The notes under the pieces are model-generated. The model was not told the origin of the DNA. It saw nothing but the letters and a program-made list of their open reading frames with translations, and did not search any database. A DNA stretch of 58,310 bases from Thelocarpon superellum (lineage: Eukaryota). Of the stretch, positions 47,332 through 58,310 are shown piece by piece. The stretch spans positions 1 to 58,310 of the forward strand of contig JAPEUG010000068.1 of NCBI GenBank assembly GCA_026025795.1. The letters run 5' to 3'. The position numbers were made by a program, and so were the translations under genes. The stretch's first letter is position 1. Each line of letters begins with the position of its first letter.

Positions 47332-48787
47332 ATGCTCGCTCTTCGTGACCAGGAGAATCTTCTGCACGGTCATCAGACCGCTGCGGCAGCCAAGCCGCCG
47401 AGTCAACCCACGAAGAATGGACCGACCAACCCGCCGAGCCGCAAGGCACCCAAGACCCCCTTCAAGCTCCCGCTGAACGATGAGAATGCACCCGCCGCGC
47501 TTGGAGGTAGATCCGTGGGCAAGGCCAATGGAGCCACGGTCCTCGGGACGAAGAAAGGCGGCATGGGAGATAGAGGCGCCTTCGTGACGCCGATGGGTGA
47601 ATCCATCTCCATCAATGTTAACTCTTAAATGGAGAGCTTATTTGGCACGATGAATAGGTCCGCGGATTCGACTGCCCTTGGGCCTCAAGACTACCAATGC
47701 GAAAGCCAAAGCCTTCCAAACCCCTGCCCCAGTCCCGACCGCGGATGCCAACCAAAAGACTCAGCGTCGCAGTGCGTCGGCCCGGCGGCCAAAGTCTGTG
47801 GCGATCCGTGCCGAGACGGTCAAAGTGGAGGTGAAGGATGACGAGAACACGCTGCAAGAGGAGGACACGGAGTATATGCCACCAAAGCCGATCGGTAGGA
47901 GCATCGTTCAATCCGTCCTGAGCCTAGCCAGCTGACATTATCCAGATCTTCCCGATTACCCCGAAGACTTCCCGCAGGACATGGAGTATCCTCAGTTTCG
48001 GAATGGCAATCTCATGCGTGGAGTGCACGCAGCCTACTTCAACCCCGTCGACGAGCACGGAATCACCCTTCTCGACAAACGACTCGAGGAAGGAAAGAAG
48101 CAGGCCGACAAAGAATTTGATGAGCAGATGGAGAGAATCATTGAAGACATGCCTCTCTACGGCGTCAATGTGCCCGAGTTCCCTGGAGACGAGATCGCGG
48201 TGGCGGCGCAGAAGCAAAAGGAAGCCGAGGTAGAGCCGATGAAGAAGACTGTGACCCACGACCACAAGCCCATGGCCAGGCTCATCAAGCCCATCCAGAC
48301 GGGAAAAGGCCCATCGACCAAGGTTTCTCAAGAGGCGGCCACGTTGCTGTCCTTCAAGCCCCCCCACCAGGCCAAGCCCCGCCCCGAGCCAGTCAAGAAG
48401 AACCCTCGCGCCCCAGCGCTCCAGCCCAAGGGGGTCAAGGCTACCAGCACGCCTCGACAGACGCATCACAACGCAGGTGCTGCCACATCAAGGACGACCA
48501 TCGGCTACGCCAAAGGACGGGCTGCGTCAGCGTCGATGCAAGCACCCAAGAAGCCTACCGGCGCGGTGTCGGCGACGAGGTCCTCGTCGACCACAGCGAT
48601 CCCAAGCGTATCTTCCCAGAAGCTGCCTCCGCTCTTCACTGCCGAGGAATGGGGGCGGATGACCAAATACGACCCTTCCAAGGACAACGTCGAAGACGAG
48701 GATCTCGAGCCGGCCCTGCGCGGGTTGACCCTGTCGGCCGCCATGAGAGACGAAGAGGCCGAGGAGGACTTTGTGCTACAGTGGTGA
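47332..48787 (+). CDS. Securin-like protein (Pds1/Cut2 analogue of filamentous fungi)
   Basis: MLALRDQENLLHGHQTAAAAKP, PKTPFKLPLNDEN, D-box-like RLPLGLKTTN, EYMPPKP.DLPDYPED, TTIGYAKGR, acidic EEDFVL end; two introns. Confidence 0.75.
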
Positions 48788-49078
48788 TTGCACCCTTGAT
48801 CCTAGGCGGATTCTGAAGCTTGCGGCGTTACGGATACTGTGGGTGATGCTGGGACGGGCGGGATACGATGGACGAGCGTGCTCCGCGATGTTCGTGCATT
48901 CTGCAGCTGGTCGAGCGAAAGGAATCTTGGCCCAAGCAGCTGTAGATAATCCAATCAACATAAACGTAGGCACCCGCGTAGCGCGATGCGCGACTCTAAC
49001 GACCGTTCGTTCCGAGGGCAACGCCTGCTAAATGACTCATGCCTCCACCGTCGCTGATGCACCTTCCTTGTTCCTTCC

Positions 49079-49797
49079 TCATTTTTCCGGCGCATCGGGC
49101 AGTCGCTCGATGACGTACTTACCTCGTGCGACACTCATAATGGGCACACCAGGGATCTTCCGGATGCGCCGCTTGAGGTCCCGATCATTGGTGGCGACAA
49201 TGTAGACCTTGTGCTTCATGACCCGGTCGACGAGGCAGTCATCCGCATACACCCCCTTGTGGTCGCATGGTAAACGTTCCCATCGCTCGTCCCGAGCGAT
49301 CCGCAGTGCCAGACGGTACTTGGTCCCAAGCTTTTCCAGCTCCGCCATGACACACGACGTGATGACGGGAGTACACTTGGCGTACAAGCAGTCCATCATG
49401 GACGGTAAGAGATCCAGGTTGTTTTGGAGCGTGTGGGAGAGGAAATTAGTGTCGATGAGCACAGAGTAGGGCGGAACGAGGGCCGTGTTGTACTGGAAGA
49501 AGAGCGACGACGAGACTTGTGGGCTGCGGACGGGTGTCAGAGAGATCCAGTCTCGGATGAGGCCTCGGATGAGGCTGCACGGAGGGTGCGTACATTTCCC
49601 GCACAATGTCTTTGCCTTGTGCCTTCTTCTTGCCTTCCACCTCGCCCTTGGCCTGATTTTTCTTCCTAGCGTGCAGTGCATTAGGGAGGTTCAAAATACC
49701 GGAGCATTGGCCATGACGGAACGTACAGTCGAGCATCCCGTTGCCCGATGACGCGTTTGACCTGACCAAACTTCCGGGTCTTCTTCTGGACCCCCAT
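49079..49797 (-). CDS. FCF1: PIN-domain rRNA-processing nuclease Fcf1/Utp24
   Basis: MGVQKKTRKFGQVKRVIG..FFQYNTALVPPYSVLIDTNF..CVMAELEKLG..CDHKGVYADDCLV..VATNDRDLKRRIRKIPGVPIM; two introns. Confidence 0.96.
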
Positions 49798-50860
49798 GGC
49801 TGCTGAAACGGACGCGAGTTACAGCTGTCTCGGCGTGGTGGGGTCATCAGCCAAAATGTTCAGACGTTGGTCGATGTCGATTTCGCGACTAGCGTCTCGT
49901 TGGCCGCTCGTGACCTGGAGCTGTCGCTGTCGCTGTCGCTGTCGCTCAGCGGCGCTATCGGTCGGCTTGCGGCGCCACCAGATCCGACCGTCGCTTCCTC
50001 GGTCGCTCGGTCGACTGGCGCAGGGGGCATGGGCGGCGAGGCTAGATTACAAGAGCACGAGTCGGCTTGGCCCCATCTAATTCGGGCCCTTCGCGTCCCT
50101 AGCTGAGCCCCATGCCGTCGCCCATGCCTGGGTCAGAAGGAGCCCGCTCCCTGTGAAGACTCGCTGGCTACCCTGTCACGACGGACTTGAATTCCCATTC
50201 CTCGTCCTCACAAATGCGTGCGCTTCGTCAGTCGCCGACAGTCCGAGTCCCCATAGACGGCCTGGTTGATTACGTCCCGCTGCCACTGGCTCATGACGAG
50301 TAAAGACCGGTGGGGCGATTGGTCACTGAGACGAGCACACCACCCAGGCACCACGGAAGACTCCTTACCCCCGTTAGCCCGTCGCCGTTGGGGTGGATTC
50401 CTTCGTACTTGGTACGAGAACTCGGTCGCTCCGCTTCGCATCCTCTTTGCCAAAGCCCCAATAACAACGTCGCTCCTTGCCCAACGACTCCATCACGCTT
50501 CATCCTCGTCCAGGCCGCTTCGCTCGCGTCTTCTTTGCATCGGCGGTTGGGCGTCTGCGGTCGTTCGCTCCGTCATCCGCTCGTTCTCGTCGTCCGTCGT
50601 CGTCACTGTGCGCCTTCGCCTGATGCGGCTGCCGACTTGGTGCATGATTTAGCCCTGCAAGAGCACGACTCAGGGGCAAGCAGCACAAGGCTGACGCCGG
50701 CAAACCTCGTCTGCATTCGCCTTCACGCCATCGATCCTCATCTCGACCCTGTGTCCTTTGGCCCGGCCGAATCTCTCAAGCCGCCGTCTTCTTCTCGGCG
50801 GTGTCGGCCGAAGCCCGGGGAATAGAGCGGGCCGGGGACGATCCGGTGCGATTCACCAAG

Positions 50861-52120
50861 ATGTGGTCGAAACAGATCCCCTCCACTCGCCCCTCATCCT
50901 TCTTGCTGTCGACCTTCTGCCTCCTCCTCCTCGCATCCAACGCACTGGCACAGGGCGCGGCAGCAGCGGCCGCCAATAATCAACCGGCCAACAATCAGCC
51001 GGCCAACAACCAGCCGGCAAATAACCAACCGGCCACCAACGGCAACAACAACGGCGGCCAGGGCGGCTCGCCTCCTCAGGGTCTACCTACCCTCGGTGGT
51101 ACGTCAACTGGCAATCAGCCTGGGACGACGCAGCCCGCGACGACTGGGCAGACGACGGGAGGGTCGTCGCCCAATTCACCCAATACACCGAACACACCGA
51201 ACACCCCCTCTCCCAACACCACCCCGACCACCAATGGCCCTAACACGCCTGGCACCTCGTCCGCCAGCGGGATCACCATCACTGCCGCAAACCCCGCTGC
51301 CCCAACCAACACCGGCGCCCCGCCGTCCATCACGGGCGGCGGCAGCGCGGCACCCACATTACCCAAAGACCTTCCCACGCTCGCCGGACAATATCCCTCG
51401 GCATCAGTTCCTCCCACGGCGGACGCGCCTTTTATGCAACACTCGAATTTGCCTGAAGGCACCGTCTTCATTGCCGTCGGGGCCGTGCTCGGCTTCATGG
51501 CCCTGACGGTGCTAGGATGGCGGGGCCTGGTGGCCTGGTCGGTCCGGCGGTCGGTACAGCGAGCAGCGCTGCAGCAGGGTGCGGCGGACTCCAAAGGCTT
51601 GCTGCGGTCACAGAAGACGGGCTTGTACGCAGCCAATGCGGCCTCGTCGGTCTCGTTGGATCGGCTGGCGCCGCGGTCAGGCTCCGTTGCAGCGAAGAAC
51701 GTGACGCCGCACACCAGCCTCTTCTTCTCGCCGACGGCACGGCCGGCGTCGACGATGGAGTCCCCCGGCATCCGCGGCTCGACCTATTTCCCCGCGGGCT
51801 ACTACGCTGCGGGGGCGGCGACGCCGGGTGGCGGCGCTGGCATGACACATGTCGGCGGCAGCTCCATCAACCTCTCCCACCTCGGGCCTCAGTCCCAAGG
51901 CTATTCGCGTACCCGATCGGTCGGTCCCAGCCCGCCCATCTCGCCCAACCTCCCGCCCAACCGAGGCAGCGAAGCCGCCTTCCACCGGACCGGCAACACC
52001 AGCAATCCGTCGCTCAGCTCCATCAACCTCAGCGCCCCAGCACAAGGACGGGCACCCAGTGCCTATTTGGAGGATCTCTTTGCGCGTGATCAGCCTCCAT
52101 CCGCCTCGCGGGAGTATTGA
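50861..52120 (+). CDS. Single-pass membrane protein, Csi2-like
   Basis: Signal peptide, S/T/P/N-rich ectodomain with (NNQPA)x4 at 50975-51034, PPTADAPFMQHSNLPEGTVFIAVGAVLG (TM), SLFFSPT, RAPSAYLEDLF. Confidence 0.75.
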   Translation: MWSKQIPSTRPSSFLLSTFCLLLLASNALAQGAAAAAANNQPANNQPANNQPANNQPATNGNNNGGQGGSPPQGLPTLGGTSTGNQPGTTQPATTGQTTGGSSPNSPNTPNTPNTPSPNTTPTTNGPNTPGTSSASGITITAANPAAPTNTGAPPSITGGGSAAPTLPKDLPTLAGQYPSASVPPTADAPFMQHSNLPEGTVFIAVGAVLGFMALTVLGWRGLVAWSVRRSVQRAALQQGAADSKGLLRSQKTGLYAANAASSVSLDRLAPRSGSVAAKNVTPHTSLFFSPTARPASTMESPGIRGSTYFPAGYYAAGAATPGGGAGMTHVGGSSINLSHLGPQSQGYSRTRSVGPSPPISPNLPPNRGSEAAFHRTGNTSNPSLSSINLSAPAQGRAPSAYLEDLFARDQPPSASREY

Positions 52121-52585
52121 TGGGAAGATGATGGCGTTCATGATGACGAACGTGTGAGGAGGTGCCTTATTTTTACGCGCAGATGTCGTTGGAGCCTGGG
52201 CCTTGCCTCATCCTCGGCAGTCTGTCTGTATCCTGATATACAATCTACACATCGATGGCGCGTTTACGTCGGGTTGTGGGGAGGTACCTTCGACGACGCT
52301 GTGGTTTTCTCTTATTCTTTCTCCCCCGCCCGTCTTCAGCAGACGTCTTGTGATGAAAAAGGGTGCAGCTTTCTGACGTTTTTGGGTGGTGTCGATCGGG
52401 CGTTGTGGATAATCACATGGACTGGCTCGACTAATGTAACTATGTCCCCTTCACCAGGAGGAGACGATGCGAGTTGAGTCAAGTCAGTCATCAAGGTTAA
52501 GCGTCAAGCTGAGTGTATCTTGACGTTGATGCTGATGCGTTCGCATCTCATTCCCATTCTCGCCACACCTCTCCTCCTAAACCGC

Positions 52586-53060
52586 CTACGACAGCGCCGG
52601 CGGGGGGTTAGTGGTACAGAAGCAATAGCGCGCGATCTTCCAGTCCGGCCCTATCTTCTTCATGACGAACAACTCCTGATTCGCCTCCTTGCCGCCACTG
52701 GCGCCCGTAGCCTTAAGCACGGTGTGGCCGGCCGATTTCGTCTGCGCAAACGCCCACTCTGTGCCCGTCTCGACGATCTCGACAATGGTAAATTTCACCA
52801 CGAGCTGGATCTGGCCGAAGATGGCCTCGTACGCCGTCTTGATCTCCGATGTGCCCACAGTCGACGGGAAGTGTTGCGGCATGAAGACCCCATCCGGAGC
52901 GTACAGCGCCATCACGGCCGGCACGCTCGATTCGTTCAGCGCGTCTTGGTATGCGAGCAGCACCGCGCTGATGGCTTTGCTGTCTTCGGACACTGTGGGG
53001 GAGGTGATGTGGAGGTTAGTGGGTGCGTCGTGTATCGCGACTGCTAGCGGGGTGCGTACT
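52586..53060 (-). CDS. SnoaL/NTF2-like (DUF4440-type) small protein; start codon split by an intron
   Basis: YQDALN..LYAPDGVFMP..WAFAQTKSAG..EANQELFV..WKIARYCF. Intron 53059-52993 (GTACGC, CTAAC, CAG) joins A(53060) to TG to form ATG in CACC context; TATAAAAG at 53210-53203. Confidence 0.85.
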
Positions 53061-54317
53061 GGTGAGACGCGGACGGACGGCAGGACTATAGACGTGGGAG
53101 GATATGGTCGGGGAGGAGGTGATCCGGCAGTGCTGATGAGATGGCTTAATGTTCTCGATGGTCAGGTCTGTCTGTCTCTTGAACCATCGAGTCGCAGTCG
53201 GGCTTTTATAGACAACCGGGACGAGAGGGCGCCCGGTCCTCGATGAGAGCTCCAGTTCGCAATGCAGGTACACATCATCTGTAGCGGGGACGGAGGTGAC
53301 GACCGAAAATGGAAAAGCGCCACGAGCTTGAGGGGCCCCGGCCCGAATCACGCTGACTCAGTTATACCCAATTGCATTAATCAGGCTGATTGATACAGGT
53401 ATGGTAGAGGGAAAACCGGGTCGACATGGTTTCAACGGAGCCGCACCCTTGCTTAACTCTGTCGGGTGCGTGGATGCGCCAATAAGAGGGGCCAGGACCT
53501 TATCGGGTTAACGAAGCAGACGACGAAGGAATCCGTCGTAGCGATGGGCGGGGATGTTCGACGTTCGTTCCGACGTAGACTATTCTACCTGCCATAGGCA
53601 CGGTAGGGGCAAGCCAAGACCACAAGAGTCGGCCCCACGCAGAAGAGAGCGTCCCGAACGCTTCGGCTTGAGCTTAGGCCTCCTCTCCTAAGGGCCTCTA
53701 CGAGTAGAGCGGTGGAGCGTCTGATTCCTATCAATCAAATAACGCCGACATCACCATTGCGTTGCATGCAACGTGACGTGACACTGCGGATATCAGTCGT
53801 CGTGCATGAAAGTGACCTTCTCACGCTAAATAGGACGACCGAGTCAATGGGACGAAGGGATTAGATGGTAGCTCAGGCCACGCCGTAGTTTGGCAGCTAG
53901 ATCTCCCGCTGCCGTCGATGAGCTGGATGGGCCCTACTGGACTGGTTCATAGGAGAGCCATCCGCGTCATGGGGGCACTTTCGAGCCTCCTCTCTACTGA
54001 AGACCTCGACGGATGGCATTAGACTTACTCTGACGTGAACGGCAGATATGAGCACAATGGCTTGGTGGTTAATCCAATGACTGATCGCTAGCCGTCTCGA
54101 GGGCTCTCGTTAGCGAGGCATGTTGGTTGCCGCGCAGACAGAGAGGCCGTGAGGGACGCAACATGAGAACGGCTAGGGTCTACCATACCACCGTGCTCCA
54201 CACCGCCCACTGATCTCGTAGTGGGTGCTCGTACCGAGAGCCGTACCTGCGTCGGGGATTGATATAACTCCAACTCCCTCAACCAATGTAAGCCCGATAG
54301 CTACATTGGCCGCAACC

Positions 54318-56150
54318 ATGTCCAAGGCTCAGTCCACCACGTCGGAGGACTCGTTTGAGTTCATCGAGACTCCGGCAGTGCCCAGCCCCCCGGCTCAGTA
54401 TGAAGATTGCGGTGTCAGGACCACGTCGGTAAGTGGGTCAAGCTCTGCACAGCCTATCTCCAGCAGACAGCCATACAGAGTCAAAATCCCAAATTCATAC
54501 TCGAAATGACCAACTGATCCTGACGATCAATAGTATGCCTCGATCAAGAATGCCCCTCTCCCCGCCGATGCGGCCGGGACGGAGTCCTTTTCCAATGGGC
54601 TCCTATTCTGCCTCTGCGCCGTGATCCCTCTCTACCTCTCCTGGCAGATCGGTGGGGGATTGAAGACATGGATCTTCTTGGCCACCCTCACCTTTCTGCC
54701 CATCGTCGTCGTCTTCTGGACCGTCGCCTCGCGCCTGTCGCCGAGGAAGAATGAAAAGGCCAAATATCCCGGTCGTCCGGTCGAGCACTATCTGCGATTC
54801 AAAAAGGAATCCGATCGCGTGACGTACCGGGGACGGGCCAAGATTCCCATGGAGACCTTCCACGAGATGTACTTTGCTGGCGAGGTGGATTTCGTCGGAG
54901 ACGCGCTCGAGGTGATGGAATACCGTCATGATTGGGCCAGCTTCGGCTTCACCGCTAGTTTGTTCCGATTCTTTCTGCTAGGGATGATTCCGGAAGTGAT
55001 CATGCACACGCGATCTCAGGGTGAGTGGGAGAGATGAAAGTGAGTGGGCTAGGCTGACGAGATGCAGACGAGGAACAAGTGCGAGACCACTACGACCGTG
55101 GAGATGACTTTTACGGCTGGTTCCTCGGACCTCGCATGGTCTACACCTCCGGGATCGTGTCGGACATCAACACGGAAGAGAGTCTGGAGCAACTACAGGA
55201 TAACAAGCTGGCGATCGTATGCGAGAAGATTGGTATCAAGCAGGGCGAGAGACTTCTGGACATCGGATGTGGGTGGGGGACGCTGGCCAAGTACGCCAGC
55301 GTCAACTACGGCGCTCACGTCACGGGGGTCACGCTCGGCCGCAATCAGACGGCGTGGGGCAACAATGGACTACGCAAGGCCGGTATTGCCGAAGACCAGA
55401 GCAAGATTCTGTGCATGGACTACCGCGACATTCCCGTACCGGCGGGAGGATACCACAAGGTCACGTGTCTCGAGATGGCGGAGCACGTCGGCGTCCGGCA
55501 CTTCCAAACCTTCCTCCGCCAAGTCTACGAGATGATGGACGATGACGGCGTCTTCTTCCTGCAGATTGCCGGGCTTCGTAAGAGCTGGCAATACGAAGAT
55601 CTGGTCTGGGGCCTGTTCATGAATAAGTACATCTTCCCTGGGGCCGACGCCTCGACACCTCTAGGATGGTTTGTCGATCGACTGGAGGGCGCAGGCTTTG
55701 AAGTCAAGGGCATCGACACGGTCGGGGTCCACTATTCGGCGACGATCTGGCGCTGGTACCGAAACTGGATCGCCAATCGCGAGAAGGTGGAGGCCAAGTA
55801 CGGGAACCGGTGGTTCAGGGTGAGTTTCCCTCCTCCCCCTTCTCCCCCTTCTCCCTCCGTTGGGTCAGTCGGATGGATGCTGCCATGAAGACTAATAGCG
55901 ACAGATCTGGGAATACTTCCTGGCGTACTCGACCATCATCTCGCGCCAAGGCTCGGCCACATGCTACCAGATCACGCTGGTGAAGAACCTCAACAGCACG
56001 CATCGCGTCGAGGGCATCCCGAGCCAATTTGGGCTCACGGGCGCGTTGGGCGCGTCGAAGGTCAAGGGCGTGGCGAATAGGGTCCTGAAGGTCGGTGAGA
56101 AGGTCCAGGCTGTTGGTGAGAAGGCGACTGGGGGGGTCTTGAGGGAATAA
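54318..56150 (+). CDS. Sphingolipid C9-methyltransferase (cyclopropane fatty acid synthase-like SAM methyltransferase)
   Basis: IKNAPLPAD, KIPMETFHEMYF, LEVMEYRHDWASF, HTRSQDEEQVRDHYDRGDDFYGWFLGPRMVYTSG, LLDIGCGWGTL, TCLEMAEHVG, FMNKYIFPGAD; three introns. Confidence 0.92.
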
Positions 56151-56420
56151 AGGAGACGAGGAATCTGGTCGAAGGGGACGAACAAGGGTGGAGGGAGGGA
56201 ATGGAAGGGCGACGAGGGCGACGAGGGCGACGAGGCATGTATGGTCGAGATATGAGGAGGACATGAGAGCGACTGGATAGCAAGGAGGAGCAGATGATAG
56301 GCCTCGTGGAAAAGTAGCCTCCCAGGGAGCAATGTAGCAGAGCAGACGAATGGATCAGGGAAGAGAAGATATTCAATCTGCATTGTATTGTGATGCTACG
56401 CTACGCTATGCTATACAATT

Positions 56421-58013
56421 CTATCGACCAAGACGAAGCTGAACGACGATCTCCGCTTCAAAGCGGGACGCGTCAACGTCTAGCTTATGCGCCGTAACGG
56501 CTTCATAGATGGCATGGGCCATCTTTTCCTCCTCCTCCTCCTCCTCCTCCTCCTCCTCCTCTTGTCCTTCACTTTTGTTCTCTTGCTCTTCTTCTTGGTT
56601 CGTGTTCGCAAACACGGTGCGTATCTCCTTCAACTTCAAGCCCTGCCGATGCCAGAGCGCGTAGGCTATCAGATCTGTGGCGAGTGCGGTCGTGGTACAA
56701 GAAGCAGAAGAAGAGGAGGGGAAAGAGTGGCTCTGTGAGAGATGGGTCCTCATCCATGCGGAAGCTAGAGCATAGCTCGTTTCTGCAGCCGCAGCTGCTG
56801 ATGCTGCTGTCGATGCTGACGGGATAGACTGGGCGGACCGGGAGAATCGAGGTGTCGCGGACGGGAGGGTCGGATAGAGTGGTGGGGGGGCAGCACGTAG
56901 CACTTCCATCGCTTGATCGTCTTCAACGTCCACTTTGCTTTTTGCCTTGGCTTCAACCTCGCCCGCTGCCTTGGCCTCCGCCTCCGCCTCCGCCTCGCAC
57001 TCTGCCTCCGCCTCCGCCTCGTCCTTCAAATCCGGTTCCACGAGAACATCGCCATCAGCGAGCCGAATGGGAAGATTGAGCTCAGCATGCGCGGGACAAG
57101 GTGGAGTTGGATCCATCGATTTCCGCTTCGTCTCCAGGCTCTCAAACACCTGCAGGCACGCATACGGATCGGACGCGGCGTATGTGATCTGCGCGTGTCC
57201 CAGCTCGCGGCTCCAGTCGCTCGACCGTACCTCGGCCCCCTTGAACATGGGCATGCCAAGGTGTTCCTCGACTTGCTGTGCGAGCCGGACGAGCTTCTTG
57301 TTGATCTGGCCCCGGTCGCTGCGGGAGTATTTCACCAGCTTGTGCAGGTGGCTCAGCTCCAGGATCCCGCGCGATCGAATGTCCAAGTAGTTTCGGAGGC
57401 GCGTGCAGTCCGCCTTGATGGCCACCCCGACCTTGGTGATGCTCGGCGACTCCATGATGTGGCGGAGCGTCGGGGCGACAAAATCATCGGCCCCGTCGCC
57501 CTTGCCGTACAGGGCTATATGGAACAAGGCAATGCGCTCCCGTGCCGCGAGCTGGATCAGCGACACGTTCCGCCGGACGCCCTCGTGCGCACTGGCCGAT
57601 GGCTTCCACTCCATGTCGAAGCCCAGGACCTCGCGGTCGGCGAAGAGCCTGGCCACGCGCTCCGTCGTGTCCTTGCTCCGGCAATAGTGCACCTTCACTC
57701 GCTGGTTGTCCGGGCCACGATACAGCGTGTGTCTCCAACATGCTGCGTCGCTACTTGGGGCCGCCTGCATCACCTCCTGAATGACATCCTCGGGTATGCG
57801 GAAGATGGGTTCCGCGGGGCGATGCTCGTGAGACTCCATGGTAGAATGCCCGTCACCTGCCGTGGTGTCATCGAGTCGGGCTCGTGCTCCATCGATTTTG
57901 TGGGTCTCCCTGCTTCGTCCGGCCGAGATCCAAAACCCATCCTCCAACACTGTGCTCACGGCGCGACCTGCGCTTCGTAGTGCCGCTCCACCCAGGCGTG
58001 GGTACTGGCGCAT
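56421..58013 (-). CDS. WRN/EXD2-type DEDDy 3'-5' exonuclease (true start uncertain)
   Basis: ExoI LGFDMEWKP, VSLIQLA, ExoII KVGVAIKADCTRL, LELSHL, VRSSDWS, ExoIII YAASDPY; C-terminal AYALWH helical region and poly-Glu tract. Confidence 0.88.
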   Translation of the reverse strand: MRQYPRLGGAALRSAGRAVSTVLEDGFWISAGRSRETHKIDGARARLDDTTAGDGHSTMESHEHRPAEPIFRIPEDVIQEVMQAAPSSDAACWRHTLYRGPDNQRVKVHYCRSKDTTERVARLFADREVLGFDMEWKPSASAHEGVRRNVSLIQLAARERIALFHIALYGKGDGADDFVAPTLRHIMESPSITKVGVAIKADCTRLRNYLDIRSRGILELSHLHKLVKYSRSDRGQINKKLVRLAQQVEEHLGMPMFKGAEVRSSDWSRELGHAQITYAASDPYACLQVFESLETKRKSMDPTPPCPAHAELNLPIRLADGDVLVEPDLKDEAEAEAECEAEAEAEAKAAGEVEAKAKSKVDVEDDQAMEVLRAAPPPLYPTLPSATPRFSRSAQSIPSASTAASAAAAAETSYALASAWMRTHLSQSHSFPSSSSASCTTTALATDLIAYALWHRQGLKLKEIRTVFANTNQEEEQENKSEGQEEEEEEEEEEEEKMAHAIYEAVTAHKLDVDASRFEAEIVVQLRLGR

Positions 58014-58310
58014 ATTCCATTCACGATGGATGCTTCGTCGGCCGGGCTGTGGTGGATCTTATCTAGCGGCTTGATGAGTCCAACAAGCGGTCGGTATAGG
58101 TGGACGGTCCATCGCAGAAACGTGATCGGAGCTCGGCCTATACCTTGTCTCTGCCCAGCGGAGGTTGAACGTGACGGGGCACATGCATTTTGTGACTTGT
58201 GTCTTGCAGAAGTCATCCATCCTTTCGGTTCCTTACATAAGCGGGACAGCGCGGCGTGTGTGTTGCCGACACCACAGCTCGGAGATACCTGTCATCAACC
58301 TCAAGACGCA

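Noticed and set aside
56913..57980. 355-aa plus-strand ORF (likewise 11378..12427 and 4046..4717)
   Set aside because: Antisense, alternative-frame or promoter-region ORFs expected at this GC content; where they overlap a gene, the real gene explains the sequence.
57956..58216. Upstream ORF as first exon of the exonuclease
   Set aside because: The candidate intron (GTATAG..TAG) keeps it out of frame with the exonuclease ORF; the start remains unresolved.
1..58310. Transposons, RIP-mutated relics or a secondary-metabolite cluster
   Set aside because: No transposase, RT or integrase motifs, no terminal repeats, no AT-rich RIP block and no PKS/NRPS seen.

Overview
Gene-dense, GC-rich eukaryotic DNA from a filamentous ascomycete (Pezizomycotina-type genes with mostly 45-75 nt GT-AG introns and CTRAY branch points; species cannot be determined). 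About 25 protein genes were reconstructed by hand: eIF3b/PRT1, a DEK-C/SWIB protein, HEL2, IRE1, CCT2, an OSCA/TMEM63 channel, a Cys-rich orphan, WD40-cyclophilin, MSH4, an OTT_1508-type Zn deaminase, RSA4, PEX10, a DUF2235 hydrolase, ERD1, an RTA1-like protein, RCY1, a BIG1/VOA1-like protein, RRP17, tropomyosin, a securin-like protein, FCF1, a CSI2-like protein, a SnoaL/NTF2-like protein, sphingolipid C9-methyltransferase and a WRN-type exonuclease. Highlights not visible in the ORF track: (1) a U6 snRNA gene interrupted by a spliceosomal intron inside its A-box, with a TATA box and an inverted downstream B-box; (2) MSH4 has an apparent 2-nt frameshift, three GC-donor introns and a 15-nt Walker A microexon; (3) an intact accessory nucleic-acid deaminase sits between MSH4 and RSA4; (4) a bacterial-looking SnoaL gene has a start codon that exists only after splicing (A|TG); (5) an unassigned hairpin cluster near 6.0-6.2 kb, and in-frame uORFs on IRE1 and PEX10. 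Exon boundaries were inferred by eye, and family assignments come from motif recognition, not database searches.
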